DNA from: Ionaspis alba
Taxonomy: Eukaryota
Assembly: GCA_964255285.1 (NCBI GenBank)
Contig: CAXUUL010000074.1
Coordinates: 1 to 37,396 of the forward strand
Reading direction: 5' to 3'
Length of the DNA: 37,396 nt
Positions 23,433-35,483 of the stretch are shown here, one piece after another. Below the pieces are notes generated by a model that searched no databases, was not told the DNA's origin, and was given only the letters and a program-made list of their open reading frames with translations. A program made the translations under genes and the position numbers. The stretch's first letter is position 1, and every line of letters begins with the position of its first letter.

Positions 23433-24550
23433 ATGTTTGGTTCCAGTACACTTCAAAAGGTTGCCTACCTCGGACCGCCATCCTCCTACACACATCAGGT
23501 GAGTCGCAACGGCCTAAACGTAGCCAATGAACCTCTCAATTGATATGATATCTCCAGGCAGCACTGGAAGACTTTCCTCAGGAGGACTTTATATTAGAAC
23601 CTCGCGTGTCCATACAAGGTATGCTATTCGAATCAAGTATTTCTTAATTACAACCTCCCTCATTCATGTCAGATGTATTCGATGCCGTGCAATCCTCCTC
23701 TGTCTACTACGGAGTCGTCCCCTTCGAAAACTCCACCAATGGGTCCGTTCTGTACACGTTAGATCTCTTTGCAGACCGGCAAAGTCAGTATCCAGATGTT
23801 TATGTCTGTGGCGAAGCCTATCTAGATGTCCATCACTGTCTTCTGGGATATGCTTCCGGTCATTGTCTTGAAGAACGGTCCATTTCAGGGGATGCAACCC
23901 CAACAAGGAAGCAGCCTAGCCCAACGAAGCCAAGAACGCAGCCCATCCGAGATCTCCAGCACATCAAGCGCATCTACTCGCATCCTCAGGCGTTTGGTCA
24001 ATGCGAAGTCTTCTTGTCTACCTTTCTAAAAGGCGTGGAGCGCCAGGAGGTTTCCTCCACCTCGAAAGCTGCTGAGATCGTGTCGCAAGACTCTACGAGG
24101 TCGACAGCAGCTATCTCGAGTAAGGTTGCAGCTGGTGTACACGGTTTGGATGTTCTGGCTCAAGGCATTGAGGATCGAGATGACAACACTACTCGCTTCT
24201 TTTTTATCCGGAACGGAACAAGACCTGAGGATCCTACGAAGCAGCTATCTTGGCAGAGAGAAACGGATGCACAGGCATGGAAGACTCTGGTGGCTTTCAC
24301 GATCAACCACAATTCGGCTGGCGCACTGGCAGATGCTCTCATGGTCTTCAAGACTTACGTGCTGAACTTGACGAGTATCAATAGTCGGCCAAGCCGAATC
24401 AATCCTTGGCATTACATTTTCTTCATTGAGTTTGGAGGTCGGAAAGAGGAAGATGGGAAGGGCAATGTAGCTGAGGCTCTCAAGCACCTAGCGACTGTGA
24501 CGGAGGGATGTCGGTGGCATGGGAGCTGGATCGATCGGGTTAAGAGGTGA
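23433..24550 (+). CDS. PHA2: Prephenate dehydratase (PDT + ACT); exons 23433-23498, 23558-23618, 23673-24550
   Basis: KVAYLGPPSSYTHQ, VPFENSTNGSV, SHPQAFGQC, NTTRF and LTSINSRPS. Confidence 0.94.
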
Positions 24551-25907
24551 CATCCTAGTGTGCTGCAGAGAACAAACATATTTGGGGTTATTGATGGGAA
24601 AGCAATCAATTAATCTTCTGCTTCATTGTCGCGGCCTCCTGCAACGTTTGATCGCCTGGCAAGAGTAAAGTTCTTCCCTCCCTTGAGGTGCGAATCCATC
24701 TTTCATGCATGCAGTCAAGCGCTGCTTGCCCGTTTGACGGTTCACAGATAACTGCCCGGGAAGGTTCTCATGCCGCATTGTTGAGTTCAACTGATTGCAA
24801 TCAATAACAAGTACGATCAGCTTGTCCACCACAATGTTCTTCTGCTGGTACGCGCCTAATCGATTGTCCTGTGTCGCTACGCTAGTCGCGCCAGGGTTTT
24901 TCGAAGTTCACCTGCTCATGCTATTAATAAATTCAAAACGAATATGCTGATTATTGTGTTGCCTGATATCAGGAAGGCTGCCCCCTTAGTCTGAGCGATG
25001 CTAACGAGGAGATCCCCCAAAAGTCTGTGTTGTTGGTTCTATTGACAATGCCAGTCTCGTGCTACTATACTCGCATAGCAAGCTGGATTAGTCGTAGACC
25101 GTGCTGAAGTACCACCGATGATACACAGAGATATCCTCTTGAGGGGCCATTAGTAGCATAAATCGTGCCTTCCATGCTACTACTGCCGAATGAACGTACA
25201 CTAATAGGCACGTCGAGTATGGCAAGCACAGGAGGCCAATGATTGACAGCAATAGAATCTTCGAAGACTATGGGCGAGATGTTGCACCTGCTTAAATGCT
25301 GTGAAGATTAGCCTTGGGTGTACAACTTGACGCGAGCATGACGTGTAACGCTTGTTCGACTCTACGCAACATAGGTCAACGCAGGACACGGGCTCAATCA
25401 CATTCCTTGGTAAGTCATAGATCATGAGTCATTCATTTGGGCTACAAATCATTCTAAACCAAACCAAAAGCCTGAAAAAGAGCATATCAACCCGATAGAG
25501 CAGTGGGCACCTCCCTTCGCGCCACAACGTCAGTCCCTGAGCTCAAGAAGCCCCATAACAAAGTCAGCTTGACGTCTCTCCAGCTGTACCAAGTCCACCA
25601 CGACCATTGTGCCCTAGAAGCAAGATGGTACAAAGGCAAACACGGTCACAACCAAGATTGTCGATTGTCGGAATGCAAGTTGTCAGACGTCTGTCGCGTA
25701 CCTGCCAGTGCAGTAGTAGTGATATATTAAGCGATTGTGGCCAATAATAACACTATTAACCTAGCAATAGACAACGCACATGCTCAGTGAGAAAGCAGTC
25801 TAGACTTCGAGATAGCATAGCCAGCGTGTAATAATCACAGATCGCATTAGAGGGCGGGCGGCAGGAGTTCCTTGGAACGGACCTCGTATTGCATCTCAAG
25901 TAAAGCT

Positions 25908-26330
25908 TTATGTAGCGACCTTGTCCTCCATCCAGCTTCGAATTTTGCCCAAGGACACTTGATCGTGCCGCACCTCTGAGGTTTCGAAGTCTTCTTCTCT
26001 CCATTCACGCGTGCCTGCTGTAATGAGCGCGTAGCCGAAAGGCTGACAGGAGCCGAGATCAATGATGACAGGGGACTCATGTTCGTCAAGCACGATATTT
26101 TCCGGGTTAAGATCGTTACGCGCGAGCCCAAGGGTGTGAATGTGTTTCATGGCCGATACGAGTCCATCCATGCAAGAGTCTTTGTCGAAGCCCAATGCCC
26201 CCGTCCTTTCCTTCAATCTGTCTTCTAGTGTTATAGGGTATCGATCCATTACGAGACCTGTTATTCGACGCCGATTTGTGCGACAGCCGTGATAGCGGAT
26301 AAGATTGGGATGTGGGTTTTGCTTCAGGCC
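25908..26330 (-). pseudogene. 5'-truncated fungal Ser/Thr kinase-like remnant (C-lobe only)
   Basis: NPHPNLIRYHGC, HIHTLGLARNDLNPENIVLD, IIDLGSC and AGTREW. Kinase-like sequence stops upstream of LKQNPHPN, with no N-lobe or ATG. The catalytic-loop His position reads Arg. Confidence 0.7.
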
Positions 26331-26876
26331 GGTCGAAAAGAGCCAATTCGAGAGCGCTTCGAAATTACTTTGCAACTGACGCGTTAAGGCCAAATAAACT
26401 CCCGAAAGCGAATGGTCGTAAACGGAAACGATCGACGGCAATGTGGATTCTCGGCCCAATTAATGCAACGAGAGTCCTCAAGGCAGCTAGTAAGAGACCG
26501 AACCCTCGCCAAAAGATGAACTTCCCATACTGTGCATCACAGGAAGCGGAAAAAACGACTATCGATTCCGGCACTCCAGAGTATAGAAACAAGCTGGCGT
26601 TTAAGGTCAAAAAACGTAATACCCGTTTCTCTCCGTCTTATTCATTCATCAAGAGTTTCTAAGCCCGTCGAAGAAAAAAAATTAACTAAACTGCTTAGGG
26701 ATGGCACAAAATCATCAACAGCTGGCAGACACCAACTAACAAAAGAAGACAATTTGGGCACGTTATCAGAACTATCAACAGGCAGCAGAGTACTGCAGCA
26801 GTCTAGTAATACATCGCTACGGAGGAGCACAAGGATATCAAAGCCGCCTAAGAGATTTCGTCCTCGCTATACGTGA
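26330..26876 (+). pseudogene. Headless, frameshifted 3' remnant of a basic disordered fungal protein
   Basis: Two overlapping frames each carry a related motif (LGPINATRVLK and LRLIHSSRVSK). The end reads LRRSTRISKPPKRF-RPRYT-stop. No convincing start. Confidence 0.45.
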
Positions 26877-27295
26877 GAAGCAGCTATGACGTTTCTGGAG
26901 TGAGAAGCATTACAAAAATGATCTGAATGAGAAGGGAAAACGATGGGAAATCAACGGAGGAGGCTGACAGTAAAGCGAGAAATTCAGGATTTCGTTTTGC
27001 GTGTGGGTTTTGGTTATAATCCATTTCTGCTGACGCTTTCTTCGAAACCTAAGTGACCAGACTTTGCTCCTACCTATTACTGCCCTACCCGTACTGCCAT
27101 CAGTTGCTCACTTACGAGGCCCTACATATGCTGAATCCTTTATTCCTTGTTGGGAGGTCCAGCACGATTGTAATTCTCAGGACCCGTGCCACCCTCTCCG
27201 TTGACGCCCCCGGACTTTCTGATAATGGCAATTCGCTATTTTGTCGCCTGTTTGTACTGAGTGTCGAAATTCCGAGCAGGCTCCTTACGTAGCAG

Positions 27296-29180
27296 TTATT
27301 CAATGTCAAAAGGCCATATCTTCCTTAATTCTTCCTCGCTCATTGATTGATCATCAGCGAGTTTCGCATCTCTCACAGCCTGGACAAGTTCATCAAAAGC
27401 CTCCTTGTGGGCTGATTTAGTCGCTTCCCATAACTGTGTCGGGACCCATCCATCAGCAGTTGTATCCAGGAGGCATATCAGCCTTTGCTTCAATTTTCGC
27501 GCTGCCACAAAGTCTTCAAATTCCCTCCGATAGACGACCAAGTCATCCGATGTAGGGAGGGGGTAAGGGCAATGATTCGGAAGACCCAGCTCCTTCCAGC
27601 GACTTGAGATTTCGATCAGCTCTTGTCTAAAAGCCACAGCACCATCTCTCCAGGTCCTATGACAATAGCGAAAAGGTCGTAGTAGGTTGTCGTCAAGAGT
27701 CCTCGCAGCGGACAATTTCGGAACGAGGCCATGTAGGCAGGCATCAAAAGCCTCTCTGCAGAGTTCGGCGCTGATGTCTGCGGGCTGATCTTCCAACGAA
27801 AGGTTGCGGCTAAGGGCTGCGAAGTCTGGTGTCTCGTCAGCGTACTCGAACGCTGGCTCGATACTAGATGATTGCCAGTCGATAAGATCTGTGATGATAG
27901 TGGGGTCGTCGTCGGAAACAAATATATTTCTTTTGTGTAAATCGGCATGATATAGGGTTGGAGCAGCTGTTTCCCTAATTCGAGGATCCTCAGACAGCTT
28001 ATGGATAACATCGCGACCAACACTGAGGAGGCGAGTGTGTGTTGCAACGGATCCATGAAAATGTGGACTTTCAGGGAGGGGCTTGTCGACAGGAGGAAGT
28101 CTAGAAAGGCCAGTATCGATAAGGCCGTCGCAGTATGCCGCAAGATTAGACCCTGCGTACACCTGTAAGTGACCCTGTCATGGCAACAGGAAGAACGAGA
28201 ACTCACACGGCCCCCTGTTAGGCTTGATCGAAATATAATATCTGGCTTCGCCAATATTGCAATCCCAATACCTAGTTCCACAATGGGGCCCAATACAAAA
28301 GCCTTGAGTTAATGGCACCTTGGAAGCGGAGTGGATAGGGAGATCAGCAAAATACAGGCTTCCATACACTGGAAACTTGATTGCTGCTATTTGCTGAATC
28401 TTCGTAGAGATTGCTTGGATACAGGCAATTTTCTGTTCTCCGGACATTGCTGGCCATTTGTGATGCAATTGAACGCCCACCGCGTGTTCCATAATAATAT
28501 ACTCGCTGCCAATAGCGTTTGACGGATCGTCATTCCAGTCAAGGATCGCTGGTATTGGCACAGTAGTATTAGACTGGACTAGCACGAACATGAGGGTTAG
28601 CAACATTGCGGTGCCTGGAACGGACATTCAGACTTACGATATTTGATAGTGGCCACTTCCGAATTAGTAGTTAATCTACATGGTCCCGCTACCCTAGTAG
28701 GTAGCCTTGCAACAACACGCTTTCCATTATCACAAGTGAAAATAAAAATTCTGTTAAACCCGCCTTCTTTCTTCTCATAGCTCGTAATGGAAACTGCGCC
28801 ATAGCACAGCTCGATAACCTTTTTGCAGAGCTCTTTAAAATCAAATTTGATATAACGCGCATCGCGATTTAAATTGTCACGACGGAGCCACCGGCCACTT
28901 GTATAAGTGTGAGGGTCGAAAGCTGAGTAGTAATCAGCTCAAATGGCATCTAGTGAGATATACAAGATTAGGAGAGGAGGAGCCTACGATCTTCTGACGG
29001 TAGGTTGACTGCTGGCTGTGAAGTATGGGATCCTGCCATACGTTTCATTAAAACGTGTGATGCCGACTGACGTAGAAGAAACCTCGTTCTCGCGGCGATG
29101 GTCTTCGTGAAGGGTAAGCCAACACCCAGAAGGCTGAGATTTGCTCCGCCGTGTAACCATTCCGACGTTACACGAATCAT
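27296..29180 (-). CDS. AIM9-like APH/choline-kinase-fold phosphotransferase; exons about 29180-28988, 28922-28638, 28578-28207, 28152-27296 (start uncertain)
   Basis: Spliced product has YTSGRWL, EGGFNRIF, VVARLP...AGP...TNSEVAT, GSEYIIME, LYHADLHKRNIFV and LIDWQ. Three GT-AG introns keep the frame. Confidence 0.85.
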
Positions 29181-29618
29181 ATGGTGTCCCGTTGGATCAG
29201 GCGATAGGGCACCAGACACAATGAGTGCATGTATAAGGATGTGGAGCTTGTTTGGTAGGTCTAAAGGAGATCGTGGTGGTGCGAAGCAGGATCGATTATT
29301 GAGTTAACTTATTTGAGTTAAAGCAGGCTTGCTGATGAACGGCCCGGGCGGATGATAATCGATTGTGACTCATAGCAGCTGGGCGTAGCCCTGGCGACTA
29401 TTGCTGAAACCACTCACCGAAAACTCGATCAGCAACAAGATGATTGGGCTATAGCATTCAATCTTTCGAGATGCCAACGAGAAGTATGTGGTGGGGTCAT
29501 TCGAGACGCAAGGCTGTAATAGGATCGATCAGGCCGTGGTTTTGTGTAGATAAAGCACCCAATACCTCCTGCATTCACTCCCTTTACCATAAATCATAAA
29601 TCCTCAACGGACACGAAA

Positions 29619-29975
29619 ATGTCTAAAGCTATTGATGCCGCTTTCACCAAATTAAAGGGCATTAAAAACGCTCCCTCCAAATTTTCAATCTCGGCCACGG
29701 AAGGCAACCGTATTATACCCTCTCAGACCAAAGACGCCGAATATCAGGTCCGCATCGATGCAGGCCGGTTTGACCCCTCCACAAAACGTCTTAATGTCGT
29801 ATTACAGGTGAATTCCCAAGCCAAAAGTCCTGGGTTGGTGGATTGGGTTAAGAAGAACTCGACACACGCAAAGTTGGCTAGTACGACGTTCGACACAGAC
29901 GCCAGTGACAAAAACGCCGAGCTGAACCGAGTTTTGGACGTATTGAAAAACAAAGCAAAGGAGAACCTCAAGTAG
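29619..29975 (+). CDS. Small basic hypothetical protein (118 aa), intronless
   Basis: Good start context (AAAATGTCT) after a C/A-rich leader, protein-like composition with alternating beta patterns (YQVRIDAG, LNVVLQVN) and a C-terminal amphipathic helix. Confidence 0.72.
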   Translation: MSKAIDAAFTKLKGIKNAPSKFSISATEGNRIIPSQTKDAEYQVRIDAGRFDPSTKRLNVVLQVNSQAKSPGLVDWVKKNSTHAKLASTTFDTDASDKNAELNRVLDVLKNKAKENLK

Positions 29976-30555
29976 TCGGGCAGTGATGCCAAGGTGAGAT
30001 AGGCCCTATTTGTATCTTGTTGATTGTCTCTCGATAGCTTTGACGTGAAAAATCTCGGGCAATATATTGGTCGATTTATTACGTGACGTAACAGCTGCAT
30101 TTGCTTCAATTTACCAACTACGTTGACGAGATCAAGCCTCGTCCTACCCACGAAAGACCTCATGGTGTCTCGTTCGCTGTTTTCATTCCTCTTCCTCTTC
30201 TTCTTCTGCTTCTGTTCCTGTAACGCTGATCTCAGGATCCTTTTGAACTCTGTAATTGGGCTTATACGTTGATTTGCTTCGTGTGGACGAAAGGAGTACT
30301 TTTTCTATCCTGTTATTTAGTAATCGAGCAGTCCGCTGATGTAGGCGCCGCTGCTGATGATAGCCTCCCTCATCGACTCTCTTGCAAGGGACGTATCTCT
30401 GGGACTCGAAGGGCTCGAGGCAGCAGGACGATGAGCCAGGTAACAGTGCTGATGAATGTTGTTACGAATAACGTGAGTAGCTATAGCCGAGTACCAGACG
30501 CAAATGCTGGCCCCCACTTGCTGTGCCCCTATACTGCCCTATAGCAACTGTCTCA

Positions 30556-30670
30556 TATTCCCTCATTGCTCCCCCGGTGCTCTCCTGTACTCCCTTGATA
30601 TTTCTCGATACTCTCTCGCTGCTTCCCCTTGCTCCATCGCTGCTTCCTCTAAAACGGCCCTGCTCCCTTT
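30556..30670. repeat. Degenerate tandem repeat, TRCTYYY-type units alternating 11 and 10 bp
   Basis: TATTCCCTCAT/TGCTCCCCCGG/TGCTCTCCTG/TACTCCCTTGA/TATTTCTCGA/TACTCTCTCGC/TGCTTCCCCT/TGCTCCATCGC/TGCTTCCTCT/AAAACGGCCC/TGCTCCCTTT. Confidence 0.7.
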
Positions 30671-31544
30671 CCCGAACGAAAGCGGTAATCTCAAATCCTA
30701 AGTTTCGGGGCGTATATGATTGATATATCTATACATTCATTTATATTTATTGTTGGAATTACGGAGATCATCCCCCAAATCCAATGTATTGAGCAGCTCT
30801 ATTGCGGACTTGCTTTTCGTTCTCAGGGACGAAATGAATGGGAATGAATGGTCTATTTTGCCGCTTGACTTCAAGAATGTCACCACTCTATTTTAATATG
30901 ATAAGTGGGCGAGATACATTTAAATGAAAAAGCTGATTAACTGTATGGCATGACGGCGGCAAATGTTTGGCGGGCACTGGGAATGCGGATTAGACAGCGG
31001 TGAGAAGTTGTTTGTTAACTACGAAGAAGGCCTTATATCCCCTTCGGACTAAACTATATCCGACTGATTTCATTGGTTGTTGCCAGCTTTCCCCCTCCAC
31101 AGCACTCGCACGCTTACCACAACCTGGGATGATATATGTAGAAGAGACCTACCATGGCCGTTCCTTTTCATTTTCATAGTTTTTAGCAACAAGTGAATGT
31201 ATTGATCGAATACATCGATCCCCTGACCATATTATGACACATTATGAAGATATCTCCCTATAGTCGTGTAATTGTTTATGAGCGTAGGTCCTCCGCTATA
31301 ACACCTTGCACTTTTTAGCAGCTCACGCACTGCGAGAAGAATTTGGGACAATATTACTACCGAGTCGCCTACAGGAGTGTCTCATCTTCTTTCCTTGATT
31401 GAGCCCATTGCCTCTGAAATATCTACTTTGGTATCTCATTTTATGGTGCACCCAAAGTGGGAGGACAGGGTTAGTTGCCGTTACACACCCTAGCGAAACG
31501 GGGACCTTTTGGGGGCACGTTCCCTGTTTTGGAAGCCCCGCTCC

Positions 31545-31556
31545 CCCTATATAGGG
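31545..31556. promoter_or_regulatory. Palindrome CCCTATATAGGG containing a perfect CArG box / TATA-like element upstream of the Mg2+ transporter
   Basis: CC(A/T)6GG at 31546-31555, followed by a pyrimidine-rich tract typical of fungal core promoters. Confidence 0.35.
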
Positions 31557-32269
31557 ACCTGCTTTTCGCGGAAAGATTGCCCTAATTCTGCTGCGCAAAC
31601 AAGACCTGCCTCTATCCCCATCCACGTGTCGAGTGAATTATTTTCTAGCGTCCCTTGTGAAATAAAGCTTGGCCACCACCGCGACTATCTCCCTCCTCTT
31701 TTCTTTCACACATCTCCTCAACACCATCTGGTGCATGTTTGATCCACCGTGCTCGCACCGATCTTTCAGATACAATTCCTGCATCGCCTTACCATTTCAG
31801 ACCATTTGTCAAGCATCAATTGCAGAAAGTTCGAAACAGTAGCCACTTGTCCGAACGGAAGGCTTCACCAGTCTTTCGTTCTTCAAAACCGCTCATTACT
31901 TCTCCAAGTCTGGCGCCTCTTCAGTCTTCAGGTCACAATACCATCAAGTTGGCGGGACCTCACTTCCACCACTTCCCCTTCATCCGACCTCTCCTTGGGC
32001 CAAAGTTCTGGGTCCTTCGTCGAGGCGACCTAAAGCCTCCATAATTAGGTTGTGGCGTATTCAAATACCCTAAATACGACACGAGTACCCAACACGTTTG
32101 ATATTGGCATACAAGCTCTCTTTTGGAATTTGATCGAACGGCGAGCAGGTTGGCTCAATCTAACATAAGCGCTGTCCAGCGCTGTCCTAGAAACGAAGTC
32201 GTGGTGTGGACATGTGGATATTAGAGGGTCGAGAGAAAGCATAGGAGGATAGCCGCAGGTAGAAAAGAG

Positions 32270-32318
32270 GTATGACTCTCTCTTGTTTTGAGAAGACCCA
32301 CGAGACTAACTGAAACAG
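32270..32318 (+). other. Predicted 49-nt 5'UTR intron of the CorA/ALR1 gene
   Basis: GTATGA...ACTAAC-TGAAA-CAG. An in-frame TGA lies between the acceptor and the ATG at 32367. Confidence 0.55.
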
Positions 32319-32366
32319 CGCATTCGGTGATGTTCCATAGATAACGATAATAATATTAATTTCGAG

Positions 32367-34387
32367 ATGGATTCGCCAAGGTCTGAGAAGTCTCACACCA
32401 GATACAGCACCCCAGTATCCGGCCTTGACGATCACAGAGATCAGACTGGTATTCCCCCAGCAAACATGGCTACTCACGGTACCTCTACGCGTCGTGGAAC
32501 ATCCACAAGCATCAATGTTCCTCAACCAGACCTTCTCCAAGTGGATGGACCTGTGTCAAGAGACTTCGAGCATGCCACCACCGACGACGAAAAGAGCAGG
32601 GTTGAAGATTTCTCGGATGCTGAACATATACCGGTCAATCCCACGCCCAGACGCACGAATTCCTACCGTGCTCAGTACAATGCAGAAGGCACAGTAAGAC
32701 ATCGAGATCGCAGTTCGTCTTCTGACAGATCTGTCTCTCCGCCAAACTCGGTTGATGCTTTTGCGGAACCTCGGCGTCGTGGACGAGCGAACACTTTTGG
32801 CAGCAGGGCACCTTCTGATACCGACTTGGATCTACACAGAACAGTGTCTGGCGGAACGCATCGACGCCGTCCTACTTTCACCAATGGAAGTATTCGCCAA
32901 GTGGAGGTCAGCGAGGAGACTGATCGACCCGAGGAAGACGTCTGCTTCCCTGACTTCGATGGACCGTCAAAGACCTTCTCGATTGACTTCGAAGAGCTCG
33001 AAGAATTTGTGGCAGAGAGTCGAAGAGGCAGACCGAATCTCACACAGACAAGCCGACAACGCCACAGCTTCAGCTCTCACGGCGCCAAACCAAAGATTTT
33101 CGTATCTCATTCCAAATTGAATGGCGCAATTCCCCAGATCATCAAACAGGAAGCCAGTCCGATGGGGCGTGCTGATACAGGATGTGCCGTCGACGACAAC
33201 ACAACTTGTGTCGAGAAAAACACTGTGCCATTTGTGACCAAGCCTACTATAGAGCGTCGCGGCAGCATATCCGAGACCAACAGGTTCAGCTTCTTCTCAT
33301 CCGAGATCGAGCATACCATACATGCTCCCGAGCTAGGTGACTTATTGATGCCTGGTGATACTTTCCGTGAGCTCTTTCGCCTACCCGAGGACGGTGGGGC
33401 TTGGTGGCTCGACGTCATGAATCCTTCGGAAGACGAATTGGAGATGTTCCAGAAGGGTTTTGGCATCCACAGGCTGACAGCCGAGGATATCGAGAGGCAA
33501 GAGATTCGCGAGAAAGTCGAGCTGTTCAATCAATACTACTTTGTCTGCTTCCGCTCGTTCTATCAGATGGACAAGGATAGTGAAGATTACCTCAAGCCGG
33601 TCAACATCTACATGGTCGTCTTTCGTGAGGGCATCCTTACTTTCACCTATGCACCAAGTCCGCATGCTGCACACGTTCGCAAGCGAATCGGCAATCTGAG
33701 GAATTATATCAATCTCACTGCGGACTGGATTTGTTATGCAATGCTGTACGTTCTCCCCTCATTCCGTCATCCGAAGTATCTGCTTACCCCTCTTTCTTCA
33801 GGGACGGCATAGTCGACTCCTTCGAACCCGTGATCCGCTCGATCGAAGTCGAAACCGACCAAATCGAAGACCAAGTCTTCGTAGCACGTACCGACGACTT
33901 CTCCCCTCTGCTGCGCCAAATCGGCGAATGCCGTAAGAAGGTGATGTCCCTCATGCGCCTGCTCGGCGGCAAAGCGGACGTCATCAAAGGCTTCGCCAAG
34001 CGCTGCAACGAGCAGTACAGCGTCACGCCTCGGGGTGAAATCGGCCTCTACCTCGGCGATATCCAGGACCATGTCCTCACGATGATGAGTAACCTCGGGC
34101 ATTTCGAGAAGATGTTGTCCAGGAGCCATAGCAACCATCTGGCGCAGCTTAGCGTCGATAATATGCGTCAGGGAAATCATGCCAACAAGGTGCTGAGTAA
34201 GATTACGCTTCTTGCATCGGTTCTCGTGCCACTGAATTTGATTTGTGGTCTCTTTGGAATGAATGTTCCTGTACCGGGTAGTGGAAGGGATGCAGAAGGC
34301 TTTACGTGGTTCTATGGCATCTTGGGGGTTATTGGGGCTATTGTTGTTGCTTGTTTGGTTACTGCGAGGCGGTTGCGGCTGATCTGA
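32367..34387 (+). CDS. CorA-family Mg2+ transporter, ALR1/MNR2-like; exons 32367-33745, 33802-34387
   Basis: WWLDV, FGIHRLTAEDI..REKVELF, YLGDIQDH and the GLFGMNV signature with two C-terminal TM helices. Intron 33746-33801. Confidence 0.93.
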
Positions 34388-35483
34388 GATTTTAGAGGGT
34401 AGAGTTGGCCGGTTATTCGAGGTAGTAATGGGATGATAGAACGGTAATTGAGATACATAGGATTGTTCGCGGACTGAATAGTAAATAACATACGCAACTT
34501 TTGCTCTGATCCAGTGCCGCTAGATATGTGTGAAGCTTTCCGAAGGTTTTATACAAGAGATGAACGCCACAGCCTCCACGAAATCATATGGATATTCATG
34601 TATATTGTCCGTTCACTAGGCATCGACGAGGTCTAGATGAGAAAACCGATCTTAGGGAGCCTGGATAGAAGAAAATTCCTGATACGCGTCCTGGACGCCT
34701 AAATCCTTTGACCTGGTTTACGTCTATTACCATGTTCTTCGGAACTCGAGCTTGGAGAGGAAGATGAATATTATTAGCTAGCATAGAACTAAGTTCCTCC
34801 AATCCGTTCGTGATGATGGAGACCCAGTCTCTATGGATCATCCACATCCTCCTTGACGCAAACAGATATCAATTAACAGAGACATAGGAAACGGTCGCAG
34901 ATGTGCAGTGTCGTGATGAAGTCAAAATACCCCCATCCATGTCTCCCTCCGTCCTTCCTTCAAGCCTTGTGCGCCGTGGTTTCTCACCGGTCTATTATAC
35001 TAGACACTCTTCCCATCGACGCGCCAACAAAGGAAACGTGCAGACATGCAGTGTGACTGGTGAGCGATGATGGGGTCTTCCAAGTGATCATCCACTTTAG
35101 GGGAAAAAAAGGCTTAGATGCCGACGTAAAGGCCCCCGGAATATCATTAAAATCATGCTCGCATCAAGTGAATACAGTCCCGCTCAGCCAAAGGCTCAGG
35201 ATCGGATATCTTCAGACACACAATCCAGAAATCCTCGTCAAGTAGCATGCTAGTAGAACAAACAGTCAATCAGCCAACAAAGCAGAGATATTTCCAGCTA
35301 GAACTCCACAACCGCCGCCAGGCAAAGCCAGAATATTCCAAAGGCTCACTCGACATCAACATCATAATACCATGGAAGATATCGAGCCAGATATCCCAGT
35401 AGTCCCAAGCGCCCAAGATGCTCGATTGTAGAACCGTAGAAAAGGTATGCTGATTCTGAAATATGCGAGAATAGTAGCAAGCA

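Noticed and set aside
25424..25432. Perfect ATGAGTCAT Gcn4/CpcA site
   Set aside because: No supported gene start nearby, and such a match is expected by chance in a window of this size.
24600..30800. Intact transposon or Starship element
   Set aside because: No transposase, reverse transcriptase, tyrosine recombinase, TIR or LTR identifiable, so it is reported only as an accessory segment.
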